Below, one piece after another: positions 9,019-17,443 of a stretch of DNA of 46,595 nt. Where the stretch lies: contig CALXUD010000002.1 in NCBI GenBank assembly GCA_944391585.1, positions 1 through 46,595 on the forward strand, written 5' to 3'. The position numbers were made by a program, and so were the translations under genes. Each line of letters begins with the position of its first letter. The first letter of the stretch is position 1. Under the pieces are notes generated by a model that saw only the letters and a list, made by a program, of their open reading frames with translations, was not told where the DNA came from and did not search any database. The stretch comes from an uncultured Alphaproteobacteria bacterium. Its GTDB lineage: Bacteria; Pseudomonadota; Alphaproteobacteria; CAAHEQ01; UBA3637.

Positions 9019-10917
9019 TTAATCCTTTAAGGTAATTTTATGTGTCGCTTTTAATTCTTGCGCCAATTTTAACAAATCCAATTGGGCTGTGTCAATTTGA
9101 TTGATACGTACGACACCCAGTTGCGCAATTTCTTTAGTTAAATCTGCCCAAATACGTGGCGACATATTGCGTGAAAATGCATCTTTAATGTTATCTGAAG
9201 CCCCTTTTAAAGCCAAAGCGACTGTTTCTTTCGGGGCGGCTTTTAACAAGGTTTGAATAGATGCATCATCCCAATTGGCGAGGTGTTCAAAACTGAAGAT
9301 ATGTTCCGAAATCTGTTGGGCTGTTTGAGGGGCAGATTGATAGAGTGTTTCCAAAAAACGATCTTCCGTCTCTTTATCCATTAAGCTGAGAATACCGGAC
9401 AACTTTTCCGAGCCGGTTTGAGGAGTATGTTGGCTATAAGATGTACGCAAGCGTTTTTCAAGTGTTTCTTCAATCATTTTTAGTGTATCTGAATCTGTTG
9501 GACCAGTGTGTGATAGATGTTCAATAACACTATCCCGTTTTGTTTTAGGCAATAAAGAGAGGATATCGCCTGCTTGCTTGTTTGATAAGTGGTAAAGAAT
9601 AACCGCCAGAATATGTGGAGATTCCGATTCCAACAAAGGCAATAATTGAGGTGCTGAAAGATGTTCCAACTTTTCCCAGATTGTTTTCCCCGCGACCGGA
9701 AAATCTATTTCTTTAAGCAAGCGGTCGGCTTTGTCTGTCGGTAATGTTTTTTGCAAAACGGAACGTGTGTTTTCTTGTGTGTTGATCAGGTCGGGGGTTT
9801 TAGTGGATTCTTTTAAAAACTGTTCGGCAATTTGGTTAACGGTTTGAGCGGGGATATGCCCCAATGTTCCCATGGTGCGAGAAATTTCAATCATTTCGGA
9901 ATCGGTTAAACGTAGGAAAACAGATTGGATAATTTCTTCTCCCAAGGCTAGCAATAAAACAGAAACGCGATATAACCCCGTGTTGCCATGTGTATCTGCC
10001 GGCTGAGTCAACCAGTTGCGCAGGCGTTGAATTGCCGGTTCCGGTGTCGTTAAAAACAGGTGATAGGTTTTATCTAACGGGGTTTTATTTTCTCGGTGGA
10101 CAAAGCGGGTGGTTGGGGTAATCGCTGAAAGAGGGGCGGGGGTCATGAGTTGTTTCATCATCGGGCGGATAAAATAAAACAAAATCAAAAGGGATAAAAG
10201 GGTTAAAATCCCTAAAAAGATGGCAGAAAAAATAATTGATGCCGGCCAATTTTTCCAAAATGGGGCGCTTTCACTGAAAGGCAGGTTAATGACTTCCAAT
10301 GTATCGCCACGTTCTTTATCAAAGCCGGTGATAGATTGGATTAAATTAGTGTACACTTGCATTTCGGTGGATGAACGGGGATGGTAAATGGCGGTTTTAA
10401 GGGATGTTGATTGCATAGTGCCGTCTATTAAAACGGTGATGGAGAGTTTTTTGATTTGTTCAAAACTGTTATGGCGCGTAATTTTTTGGGTGGAAAAATC
10501 GTATTGTGTTGTTTGTGTGTAAAGGTCATTACCTTTATTGTCCGTTCCATTTTCGGAAATAGTGGCAAGTTTTATCACAGACGTTTCCGGTATCAGTAAA
10601 GATTGATCATTTGTTTCTTGCAATAGATTAAAATCGGCACGGACGGTCGCTTGAACCGTGTTAGGTCCGGTGATTTTTTCAAGTGCTGTTTTTATATTTT
10701 GTTCCAAATGTGTTTCATATTGGCGACGCAAAGAAGAAACCGTTGTAAAGGTGTTTTCAGCTCTTGTTTCGGTAAAAACGGAAGATGAATGTGTTTTTGT
10801 GGGTTGATTAAAAATAAATTGTTGGGTACAAAGAGCAATTATACCAACGATTCCCAGCAGAAGCAGGGAGAGAAGAATAACGCCGATAAGTCGCATAAGT
10901 TCCGCGGTTTTTGACAC
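9019..10917 (-). CDS. fused flagellar MS-ring protein FliF (truncated) and rotor protein FliG, single 632-aa ORF
   Basis: Residues 1-300 are FliF-like: TM1, then TVQATVRADFNL, KKLSITVLIDG and GFDKERGDTLEVINLPF (FliF C-terminal periplasmic motifs), then TM2. Residues from about 312 to 632 are colinear with full-length FliG: RVSVLLLALGEEIIQSVFLRLTDSEMIEISRTM, then ILAVILYHLSNKQAGDILSLLP, then ALKGASDNIKDAFSRNMSPR. The start is GTG at 10917, with an AAGGGTGA RBS. Confidence 0.8.
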   Translation of the reverse strand: MSKTAELMRLIGVILLSLLLLGIVGIIALCTQQFIFNQPTKTHSSSVFTETRAENTFTTVSSLRRQYETHLEQNIKTALEKITGPNTVQATVRADFNLLQETNDQSLLIPETSVIKLATISENGTDNKGNDLYTQTTQYDFSTQKITRHNSFEQIKKLSITVLIDGTMQSTSLKTAIYHPRSSTEMQVYTNLIQSITGFDKERGDTLEVINLPFSESAPFWKNWPASIIFSAIFLGILTLLSLLILFYFIRPMMKQLMTPAPLSAITPTTRFVHRENKTPLDKTYHLFLTTPEPAIQRLRNWLTQPADTHGNTGLYRVSVLLLALGEEIIQSVFLRLTDSEMIEISRTMGTLGHIPAQTVNQIAEQFLKESTKTPDLINTQENTRSVLQKTLPTDKADRLLKEIDFPVAGKTIWEKLEHLSAPQLLPLLESESPHILAVILYHLSNKQAGDILSLLPKTKRDSVIEHLSHTGPTDSDTLKMIEETLEKRLRTSYSQHTPQTGSEKLSGILSLMDKETEDRFLETLYQSAPQTAQQISEHIFSFEHLANWDDASIQTLLKAAPKETVALALKGASDNIKDAFSRNMSPRIWADLTKEIAQLGVVRINQIDTAQLDLLKLAQELKATHKITLKD

Positions 10918-11004
10918 AATTTCACCCTTGTTTAACCCGATAGATACTGATACACGGATTTATTGTGCCAAAAAATGATAAATTTTTCGTTAATATCCTA
11001 ACTT

Positions 11005-11292
11005 TTATTCTGTTTTCAGAAGTACTTGATGATGCAGGTGAGCTGTTTCAGGATTGAAGATCAGTAAGCGGATTTTATTGGTATCAGTTTGGGTCAAAAG
11101 GCAGGCAAAAGCACCGCAACCGGAAAAGTGTATAATTTTTTCACTTGGTTCAAGGTAAAAGGTTGTGTTGGGATTTTGCAGCTTGTGTTTTGAATGATTT
11201 TCTGTTATTTTAAAAACAATAAGTGCCAAGCCGGCAACAATCAATCCGGTCATGATGAAAACACTGGTTTTGGCAATCAAAAGCATTTTCAT
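11005..11292 (-). CDS. small membrane-anchored hypothetical protein
   Basis: 95 aa with a single N-terminal TM segment (VFIMTGLIVAGLALIVF). It lies upstream of and co-directional with the fliF-fliG fusion. No family was recognised. Confidence 0.4.
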   Translation of the reverse strand: MKMLLIAKTSVFIMTGLIVAGLALIVFKITENHSKHKLQNPNTTFYLEPSEKIIHFSGCGAFACLLTQTDTNKIRLLIFNPETAHLHHQVLLKTE

Positions 11293-11308
11293 GGAAAGTC
11301 CTTTCTGA

Positions 11309-12310
11309 ATGAGTGAAACAGAATTTAACAGTATACCAGATGACGTTATTTGTCAAAGTCAATTCAAAACAGACCCCGTTTTAAAAGAACAGGCCGGTGA
11401 ACGATTAGATAAATTTTTAGTCAAAAGTATTGGGCAGTTATCTCGCAATCAGTTTATTCGCTTGATTGAAACGGATCAAGTGATGGAAATGACGCATCAG
11501 CAGGTTATTTCGGAAGCTGATTATCGCGTGAAGGAGGGGGACTGCTTTGAAGTACATTTGCCAAAAGCTGTGCCGGCGGAGCCCGAACCCGAAAAAATTA
11601 AATTGGATATTTTATATGAAGATGAAGATTTATTGGTTGTAAATAAACCGGCAGGCTTGGTGGTTCATCCGGGAGCCGGTAATTATAACGGGACTCTTGT
11701 TAATGCCTTGTTGGCTCATTGTGGCGATTCTTTGTCCGGTATTGGTGGCGTAAAACGTCCGGGGATTGTGCATCGAATTGATAAAGATACCAGCGGGATT
11801 TTGGTTGTTGCCAAAAATGATTTCGCGCATGTGCGCTTATCAGAGCAATTTTCAGCACATACGATAGAACGAGTTTATCAAGCGGTTGTTTGGGGGCATG
11901 TGCAGCGGCTGAGTGGTGTGGTTTCCGGGAATATCGGTCGATCTCGCACCAATCGTCAAAAAATGGCGATTGTGAAAGTTGGCGGTAAGCCCGCAACAAC
12001 ACATTATGAGCGTGTGGCGGTTTTAGGGGGTGGGATTGCAACACATATTCAATGTGTATTGGAAACAGGTCGCACGCATCAGATTCGGGTGCATATGGCT
12101 TCTATCGGGCATTCATTGGTTGGAGATGCGGTTTATGGTGTGGTGCCGAAATCAGCGCCGGCGTTTGCTCGGTTTTTCCCGCGTCAGGCTTTACATGCCG
12201 GTTTTTTGGCGTTTCAGCATCCCAGAACATTGGAGCGATTGGCTTTTGAAGTGGATATGCCGTCTGATATGCAACATTTGTTAGCAGATTTTGAGGCATT
12301 ATCTGTTTAA
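11309..12310 (+). CDS. rluD: 23S rRNA pseudouridine synthase, RluA family (RluD-like, with S4 domain)
   Basis: The N-terminal S4-like segment is followed by LVVNKPAGLVVHPG and the HRIDKDTSGILVVAKN catalytic Asp motif, plus GRTHQIRVH. Confidence 0.9.
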   Translation: MSETEFNSIPDDVICQSQFKTDPVLKEQAGERLDKFLVKSIGQLSRNQFIRLIETDQVMEMTHQQVISEADYRVKEGDCFEVHLPKAVPAEPEPEKIKLDILYEDEDLLVVNKPAGLVVHPGAGNYNGTLVNALLAHCGDSLSGIGGVKRPGIVHRIDKDTSGILVVAKNDFAHVRLSEQFSAHTIERVYQAVVWGHVQRLSGVVSGNIGRSRTNRQKMAIVKVGGKPATTHYERVAVLGGGIATHIQCVLETGRTHQIRVHMASIGHSLVGDAVYGVVPKSAPAFARFFPRQALHAGFLAFQHPRTLERLAFEVDMPSDMQHLLADFEALSV

Positions 12311-12339
12311 AAAAACGCCCTCTTTTAAAGGGCGTTTTT
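12311..12339. terminator. bidirectional rho-independent terminator between convergent rluD and the PPIase gene
   Basis: The stem AAAAACGCCCT / AGGGCGTTTTT encloses a 7-nt loop and is flanked by A and T runs. Confidence 0.8.
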
Positions 12340-12354
12340 GTTGAAAAGGCAGAT

Positions 12355-13302
12355 TTACAACGCCGGTTTCAAAATTTTTACATTTTGTGTTTGGCGTTCT
12401 TGAGCCAAAATGTTTTGCAAATTTTGAGCGGCAAAAATTTGTTGCAATTCTTCCCGAACCGTTTCAAAGCTTGGTGGTGTGGCTAAGCGTTTGTCTTGAA
12501 CCTGAACAATATGCCATCCCATCGGTGTTTTAATCGGGTCAGAAATATCACCCTTTTTCATTTTAAACACGACATCGGCAAATTCCGGAATCATCATGTT
12601 TTTTGTGAAATAACCTAAATCACCACCATTTTCTTTTGCCAAAGAATCAGAAGCGACTAATTTTTCAAAGTCAGCACCGTTTTTCAACTGTTGTTGAATT
12701 TTTTCGGCTTCCGCTTTTGTTTTAACCAAGATATGGCGTGCTTTGATTTCATCTTGTTTTGGATAGTTATGTATTTCCTGAATATAGATTTCACGCAACT
12801 TTTCTTCTGTCATCAATTTATCCAATTGATCGGCAATATAAGCTTGTGACAGGATTTGTTCCCGTGCGCTGTTTAAGGCTTGTTGTACGTTTTCCTGATT
12901 TTCAATTCCGGATTTTTCTGCCGCGTTAATGATAACACGCATATTGACCATGGAGTCTAATAAACGCGGATAAATCACCTCAAACGGAACACCGGCTAAT
13001 TGGGGCATGGACTCGGCAAATTCGCGCACCTCAGACAAACGGATATCGGTTCCGTTAATAGTTGCAACAACCGGATTTTCGGGCGCTTTGGGCGCCGGTT
13101 TGAATTGGTTGTAAAGCCGTGGTAAAAAGTCAATGGATATAAAAATAAAAACAATCAAAATGCCGATAATGGCCGCTCCGACAAACGGATGACGCCAGCT
13201 GCAATAAGAGCATTTTGCGGATTTGACAACCGGTGCGGATTTTGTTTTTTCCGATTGAACAGGGGTTGATTTTGAAGATGTTTTTTTCTTTTTTTGAACC
13301 AT
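12355..13302 (-). CDS. membrane-anchored parvulin-type peptidyl-prolyl isomerase (SurA/PrsA-like)
   Basis: An N-terminal TM segment is followed by the rotamase domain IKARHILVKTKAEAEKI...GGDLGYFTKNMMIPEFADVVF...TPMGWHIVQV. Confidence 0.85.
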   Translation of the reverse strand: MVQKKKKTSSKSTPVQSEKTKSAPVVKSAKCSYCSWRHPFVGAAIIGILIVFIFISIDFLPRLYNQFKPAPKAPENPVVATINGTDIRLSEVREFAESMPQLAGVPFEVIYPRLLDSMVNMRVIINAAEKSGIENQENVQQALNSAREQILSQAYIADQLDKLMTEEKLREIYIQEIHNYPKQDEIKARHILVKTKAEAEKIQQQLKNGADFEKLVASDSLAKENGGDLGYFTKNMMIPEFADVVFKMKKGDISDPIKTPMGWHIVQVQDKRLATPPSFETVREELQQIFAAQNLQNILAQERQTQNVKILKPAL

Positions 13303-13363
13303 AATTTTCTCCTTTATTTTGAATGATACTTTTAATATAAAAATGTTTTTTTAAAAAAGCAAT

Positions 13364-13789
13364 TTATTTATTTTTAAATTGTTCTTGATGTAGGCGTTTG
13401 GAAAGTTCGCCCAAAAAGCCTTGTGCTAAAGAAGGATGTAAGGAAAGCATTTGATATAACTGATCGGACGGAATTCTTAAAACAGTGGTACGCTCCATCG
13501 CAATGACATCGCACGGAAACGGCAGGGGATTTAAAACGGTTGTTTCGCCAAAAAATTGACGAGCTTCCAAATCAGACAAAATCGTTTTGTCTTGTTTTAA
13601 TTGCACGTGGCCGCTTACGATAATATAAAGGAATTTATTGACTTGTCCTTCAGATAAAATGATTTCTTTTTCTTTAAAGCTTTTTTCTTCACTGACGTTG
13701 ATTAAATCCGCCAGGGCCATTTCGGAGGCTTTTTCAAAAATAGAAACATTTTTTAAGACAAGAACTTTTTCAAAAGTAATGGACATCAA
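13364..13789 (-). CDS. stand-alone cyclic nucleotide-binding domain protein
   Basis: 141 aa with a cNMP-binding beta-roll pattern (EIILSEGQVNKFLYIIVSGHVQL...FFGETTVL...VIAMERTTVLRI). Confidence 0.7.
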   Translation of the reverse strand: MMSITFEKVLVLKNVSIFEKASEMALADLINVSEEKSFKEKEIILSEGQVNKFLYIIVSGHVQLKQDKTILSDLEARQFFGETTVLNPLPFPCDVIAMERTTVLRIPSDQLYQMLSLHPSLAQGFLGELSKRLHQEQFKNK

Positions 13790-13796
13790 GAACTCC

Positions 13797-16565
13797 TTAT
13801 TTTAACATCAATTCCAAATTTTGGTGAGTGAGAGCCGCTGTCGGAATATCCAAGAGCAAGGCGTGTCGTTTTTCGGCATTCGGTTCTAAACGCCCAAGTG
13901 CATAGATAGCGGCTTCTAAAATCATCGGGTCTGTTTTTTTCAACGCTGTTTTAACGGCGGGTAAACCATGTGCATCACCCAGTCGGCGTAAGCAATAGAG
14001 AGCGTTGGCTTGAATCCAAGGTGGCATGATAAAAGCAGGTTGTGTAATCAATGCTCCAATGGATTGTGTAATTTGCGGAATGGAATGGTATTGCACCTCT
14101 GCCGATTTTACCGGATGGGTTGGATATAAAATCAGGGGTTTGATTTTTTGATATAACCGATGAGGAAGAAAATCCTGAATGACTCCTAAAGCTGTTGGGT
14201 AAAGAGCATAATCCGCTCCTTTCAGAATTTGAACGGACTGATAAAACAAAGGATGTGGTTTTAACAAAAGCAATTGATATAAAATGAGCAGGCGCGTGTC
14301 CGCAATATCTTCTTCAATCCCTTGACGCAGGTATTTAAAGGCCTCTTCGGTTTCGTGAGTGGGCGGAGTTCCGAATAGTTCCAAAAAGCGAATCCAAAAT
14401 TGAATGCGAGAGATATCTTTCTTTATACTTTTTTTCAACACTTTTTTTCGCGCGCTTTGAACCCATATAATACCGTTATTGAATAGAGTTGTTAAAATAG
14501 TTTTGCGCAATTTTTGATTAGGGATATTTAAGGAGCGTAGCAGTAATTGTTTCCCTTCTCCACTGTTTAAAGCGCCTAAAAATAAAATCAAAGTGTGTAG
14601 TCGCTGTGCCGGAATATCAGTTTGATTCAGCATTTTTTCCAACATCGGAAAAGCTCCTTTGCCATAATTTTTCAAAGCAGTCAAGGCAGCTTCCTTTAAT
14701 TCAAATTGATCTAATGCCCGAAAAATAAAAGACAGCGTTTGCGGATGGCGGACAAGGCCTGCCGTCAGTAAGGTTTGGTTTAAAACATCTGTGTCGGATG
14801 ATTGGGATAAATGTGTTAGAAGGCGCGCATAGCCTGGATTGGGAGCTGCAGACATAATGAAAAGAGCCAACAATTGATCATTTTTCTTTTTGGAAAAAAC
14901 AAGTTTTTGAAGACCGTCCATTGCCAAAAGCGTATAAGTACCTCCAAGTTTTAAAAAGCCGATTAAGGCACCGGGTTTTAAATTTTTGTCATCCAAGTAA
15001 GCGGTTAATTTTTCCAATTGTTTATGATTTTGTGTATTGCCAGCCCATTGAATCAAAACGCGTAAAGCGGTTTGACGGACTTGTTTATCCGGATCTTTTT
15101 GAAGAGTGTTTTCTAAACTTTTTTGCCATTGAGAAGCATTTTCCAATCGCTCCATACGCAGTAAAACAAAGCGTCGGATTTGAGGATTTGGGTGTTTGAG
15201 CGATTTTAAGAGATATTTTTTATATTGCGGATGTCGTGATTCTTGCAAAACGCGTAGGAAGTAAATGACATCATCGGTGTTATTACTTTTTAATTGCTCC
15301 AAAACATAAGGTAATAATTTGCTGGTGGAAATCATCAACGGACTACCGCGCCAGAAACGGGTTTTGAATGAACGTAGCAAAATCGTGGAATAAATTTGAT
15401 TTGTTTTTAAAATCAACAGAGCGAAGAAAAAGCTGAATAATCCAAGATAAGCTGCGATTAAAAATGGGCTTTCAAAAAAGAAGAAAAAGATTGCGCTGAG
15501 CATAAATCCGGCTGGTTCAATGATAAGAAGGCGTAGTTTTTTAAGGCGGATTTTATGTGCCAATGCGATGGGACGCGGCAAAATTTTAAAATAAGCATCA
15601 ATATAGAAATAGGCTGTCAGATGGAATAGGGTATATCCCAAAAATAAGGCTGGAAGATTTATGATAAATAAACTGACGGCAGAACCAACGGCGGCGCTGA
15701 TTAAAAGGGTGAGACCTAATGTGGTTGTATACAAATAATGGCTTTGACGCAATAATATGACGGTTATCAATCCGATACCGCCAAAGGCAAGCCAAAAAAG
15801 AGATAAGTAAGAAGAATAATCGGTTGTTTGAAGAGATAAAAGAGTGTAAAAGCCAATATCCATAGCGCTTTTAAGAACCATAAAAACAAAAGCGGTAAGG
15901 CAGATAAAACGAATCAGCTTTTTGCCAAGGGCTCCTTGAGCTCCGCCTTGTTTTTTTACAAAAGTTTCATTAGCGATGGGATTTAAATAGTTTAAAAGCA
16001 ATAGGCTTAATGTGGACAAAATCAGAAATGCAAGAGCATAGACCAGCAAAATATCTGTCTGGAAATGGGCTAAGCCGATGAAGCCGCCGGTTGTAAAGCC
16101 CAGCAGTTCGCATAAGAAAATTGCCGAAAATTTGAGAGAGTCAAATCGCAAAGGAATAAAGCGGACAGCCATAGACCAAAAGGCGGTTGTGAACAAAACA
16201 TAAAGCGTATATTTTATCGGAAACAGAGTGTTCAAAACTCCTTCGGCATGCGTAGAAAAAAGCATCATTCCCAATCCGATTATCAAAATTAAAAAAGACA
16301 ATATCGGTAAGCTGCCATAACTTTGTCGGCGGTCAAACAAGATAGCATAATAGCCTCCGATTGCTAACAAAAACGCAGCGCAGATTAAGTTAAAGGCAAG
16401 CGATAATGTGCCGACTTTTTCCAGTAAAAGAGTGGTAATACCGATATCATATAACGACAAACCGATTGATTTAACAAAACAAGTAAAGCCCAGCAACAAT
16501 AAAATTGTGAGACTGGAGAGCGGTAAAGAAAGTGTTTTTTCAATCAGATTACGTAAAGAGGTCAT
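13797..16565 (-). CDS. polytopic membrane protein (MFS/TLC nucleotide-transporter-like N-terminal half) fused to a C-terminal HEAT-repeat domain
   Basis: 922 aa. The first ~400 aa contain roughly 10-12 hydrophobic segments. The C-terminal half has HEAT/PBS-lyase-type repeats (HPNPQIRRFVLLRMERL, DPDKQVRQTALRVL, TDPMILEAAIYALGRL). The start overlaps the ftsY stop as ATGA. Confidence 0.55.
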   Translation of the reverse strand: MTSLRNLIEKTLSLPLSSLTILLLLGFTCFVKSIGLSLYDIGITTLLLEKVGTLSLAFNLICAAFLLAIGGYYAILFDRRQSYGSLPILSFLILIIGLGMMLFSTHAEGVLNTLFPIKYTLYVLFTTAFWSMAVRFIPLRFDSLKFSAIFLCELLGFTTGGFIGLAHFQTDILLVYALAFLILSTLSLLLLNYLNPIANETFVKKQGGAQGALGKKLIRFICLTAFVFMVLKSAMDIGFYTLLSLQTTDYSSYLSLFWLAFGGIGLITVILLRQSHYLYTTTLGLTLLISAAVGSAVSLFIINLPALFLGYTLFHLTAYFYIDAYFKILPRPIALAHKIRLKKLRLLIIEPAGFMLSAIFFFFFESPFLIAAYLGLFSFFFALLILKTNQIYSTILLRSFKTRFWRGSPLMISTSKLLPYVLEQLKSNNTDDVIYFLRVLQESRHPQYKKYLLKSLKHPNPQIRRFVLLRMERLENASQWQKSLENTLQKDPDKQVRQTALRVLIQWAGNTQNHKQLEKLTAYLDDKNLKPGALIGFLKLGGTYTLLAMDGLQKLVFSKKKNDQLLALFIMSAAPNPGYARLLTHLSQSSDTDVLNQTLLTAGLVRHPQTLSFIFRALDQFELKEAALTALKNYGKGAFPMLEKMLNQTDIPAQRLHTLILFLGALNSGEGKQLLLRSLNIPNQKLRKTILTTLFNNGIIWVQSARKKVLKKSIKKDISRIQFWIRFLELFGTPPTHETEEAFKYLRQGIEEDIADTRLLILYQLLLLKPHPLFYQSVQILKGADYALYPTALGVIQDFLPHRLYQKIKPLILYPTHPVKSAEVQYHSIPQITQSIGALITQPAFIMPPWIQANALYCLRRLGDAHGLPAVKTALKKTDPMILEAAIYALGRLEPNAEKRHALLLDIPTAALTHQNLELMLK

Positions 16566-17443
16566 GCAAAATCCTTTAACAATGAATCAGCGTATTCTTC
16601 AGCGGTAAATGCATGCAGATCATCCACCTGTTCTCCGACACCGATGGCGTAAATCGGTAGATTAAATTTTTGAGTAAGCGCCAGAAGAATACCGCCTTTC
16701 GCCGTGCCATCTAATTTCGTCATAATAAGACCATCTACGCCGATTATTTGGCGGAATGTCTCCACTTGATTTAAGGCGTTTTGGCCAACGGTGGCATCCA
16801 ATACAAGGCAGGTGGCGTGTGGCGCTGTTGGAATTATTTTTTGAATAACGGATTTTATTTTTTTTAGTTCTTCCATCAAATTGGTTTGATTATGCAATCG
16901 ACCGGCGGTATCAATCAAAACAATATCCGTGTTTGCATTAAGGGATTGTGTTAAGCCATCAAAAACAACGCTGGCCGGATCGGCATTTGGGGCGCCTGCA
17001 AAGACAGAAACGCCGATTCGCTTGCCCCATGTTTGCAATTGTTCAACGGCGCCGGCGCGAAAAGTGTCCCCCGCGATTAGGGAAACGGTTTTTCCTTGTT
17101 GTTTATAGGTAGCAGCCAGTTTGCCAATCGTGGTGGTTTTGCCGGCACCATTCACGCCAATCATTAACAGAACGAACGGATGATGTGTTTCAACATTTAA
17201 TGGGTGCGCCACCGGTTTTAGACGCGTGATTATTTGCTCTTTTAAAAAAGCGTTCAGTTGTTTTAAATCTTTGGGATTTGTTTCATCCAAAGCGGTTAAG
17301 ATTTCATCCGTTGTTAAAGATCCCACGTCAGCCATAATCAACGCTTCTTCCAAATCGGAACGTGTTTGTTCATCCATTTGTGTAAACACAAACAAAGCGG
17401 AAGTTTTTTTTAGGCCTTTTTTAAGTGTGTCCAACCACGCCAT
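16562..17443 (-). CDS. ftsY: signal recognition particle receptor FtsY (NG domain only)
   Basis: Motifs present: MIGVNGAGKTTTIGKLA, DTAGR and TKLDGTAKGG. Confidence 0.95.
   Translation of the reverse strand: MAWLDTLKKGLKKTSALFVFTQMDEQTRSDLEEALIMADVGSLTTDEILTALDETNPKDLKQLNAFLKEQIITRLKPVAHPLNVETHHPFVLLMIGVNGAGKTTTIGKLAATYKQQGKTVSLIAGDTFRAGAVEQLQTWGKRIGVSVFAGAPNADPASVVFDGLTQSLNANTDIVLIDTAGRLHNQTNLMEELKKIKSVIQKIIPTAPHATCLVLDATVGQNALNQVETFRQIIGVDGLIMTKLDGTAKGGILLALTQKFNLPIYAIGVGEQVDDLHAFTAEEYADSLLKDFA

Noticed and set aside
10950-10970. A sigma54-like -24 element (TGGCAC on the minus strand) upstream of the fliF-fliG fusion.
   Set aside because: The -12 position reads ATCC rather than TTGC. A single hexamer match in an 87-nt region is not enough to call an RpoN promoter.
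11293-11308. Divergent start codons only 16 nt apart (95-aa membrane protein and rluD).
   Set aside because: This is probably just genome compaction with promoters embedded in coding sequence. I could see no palindrome or shared operator.
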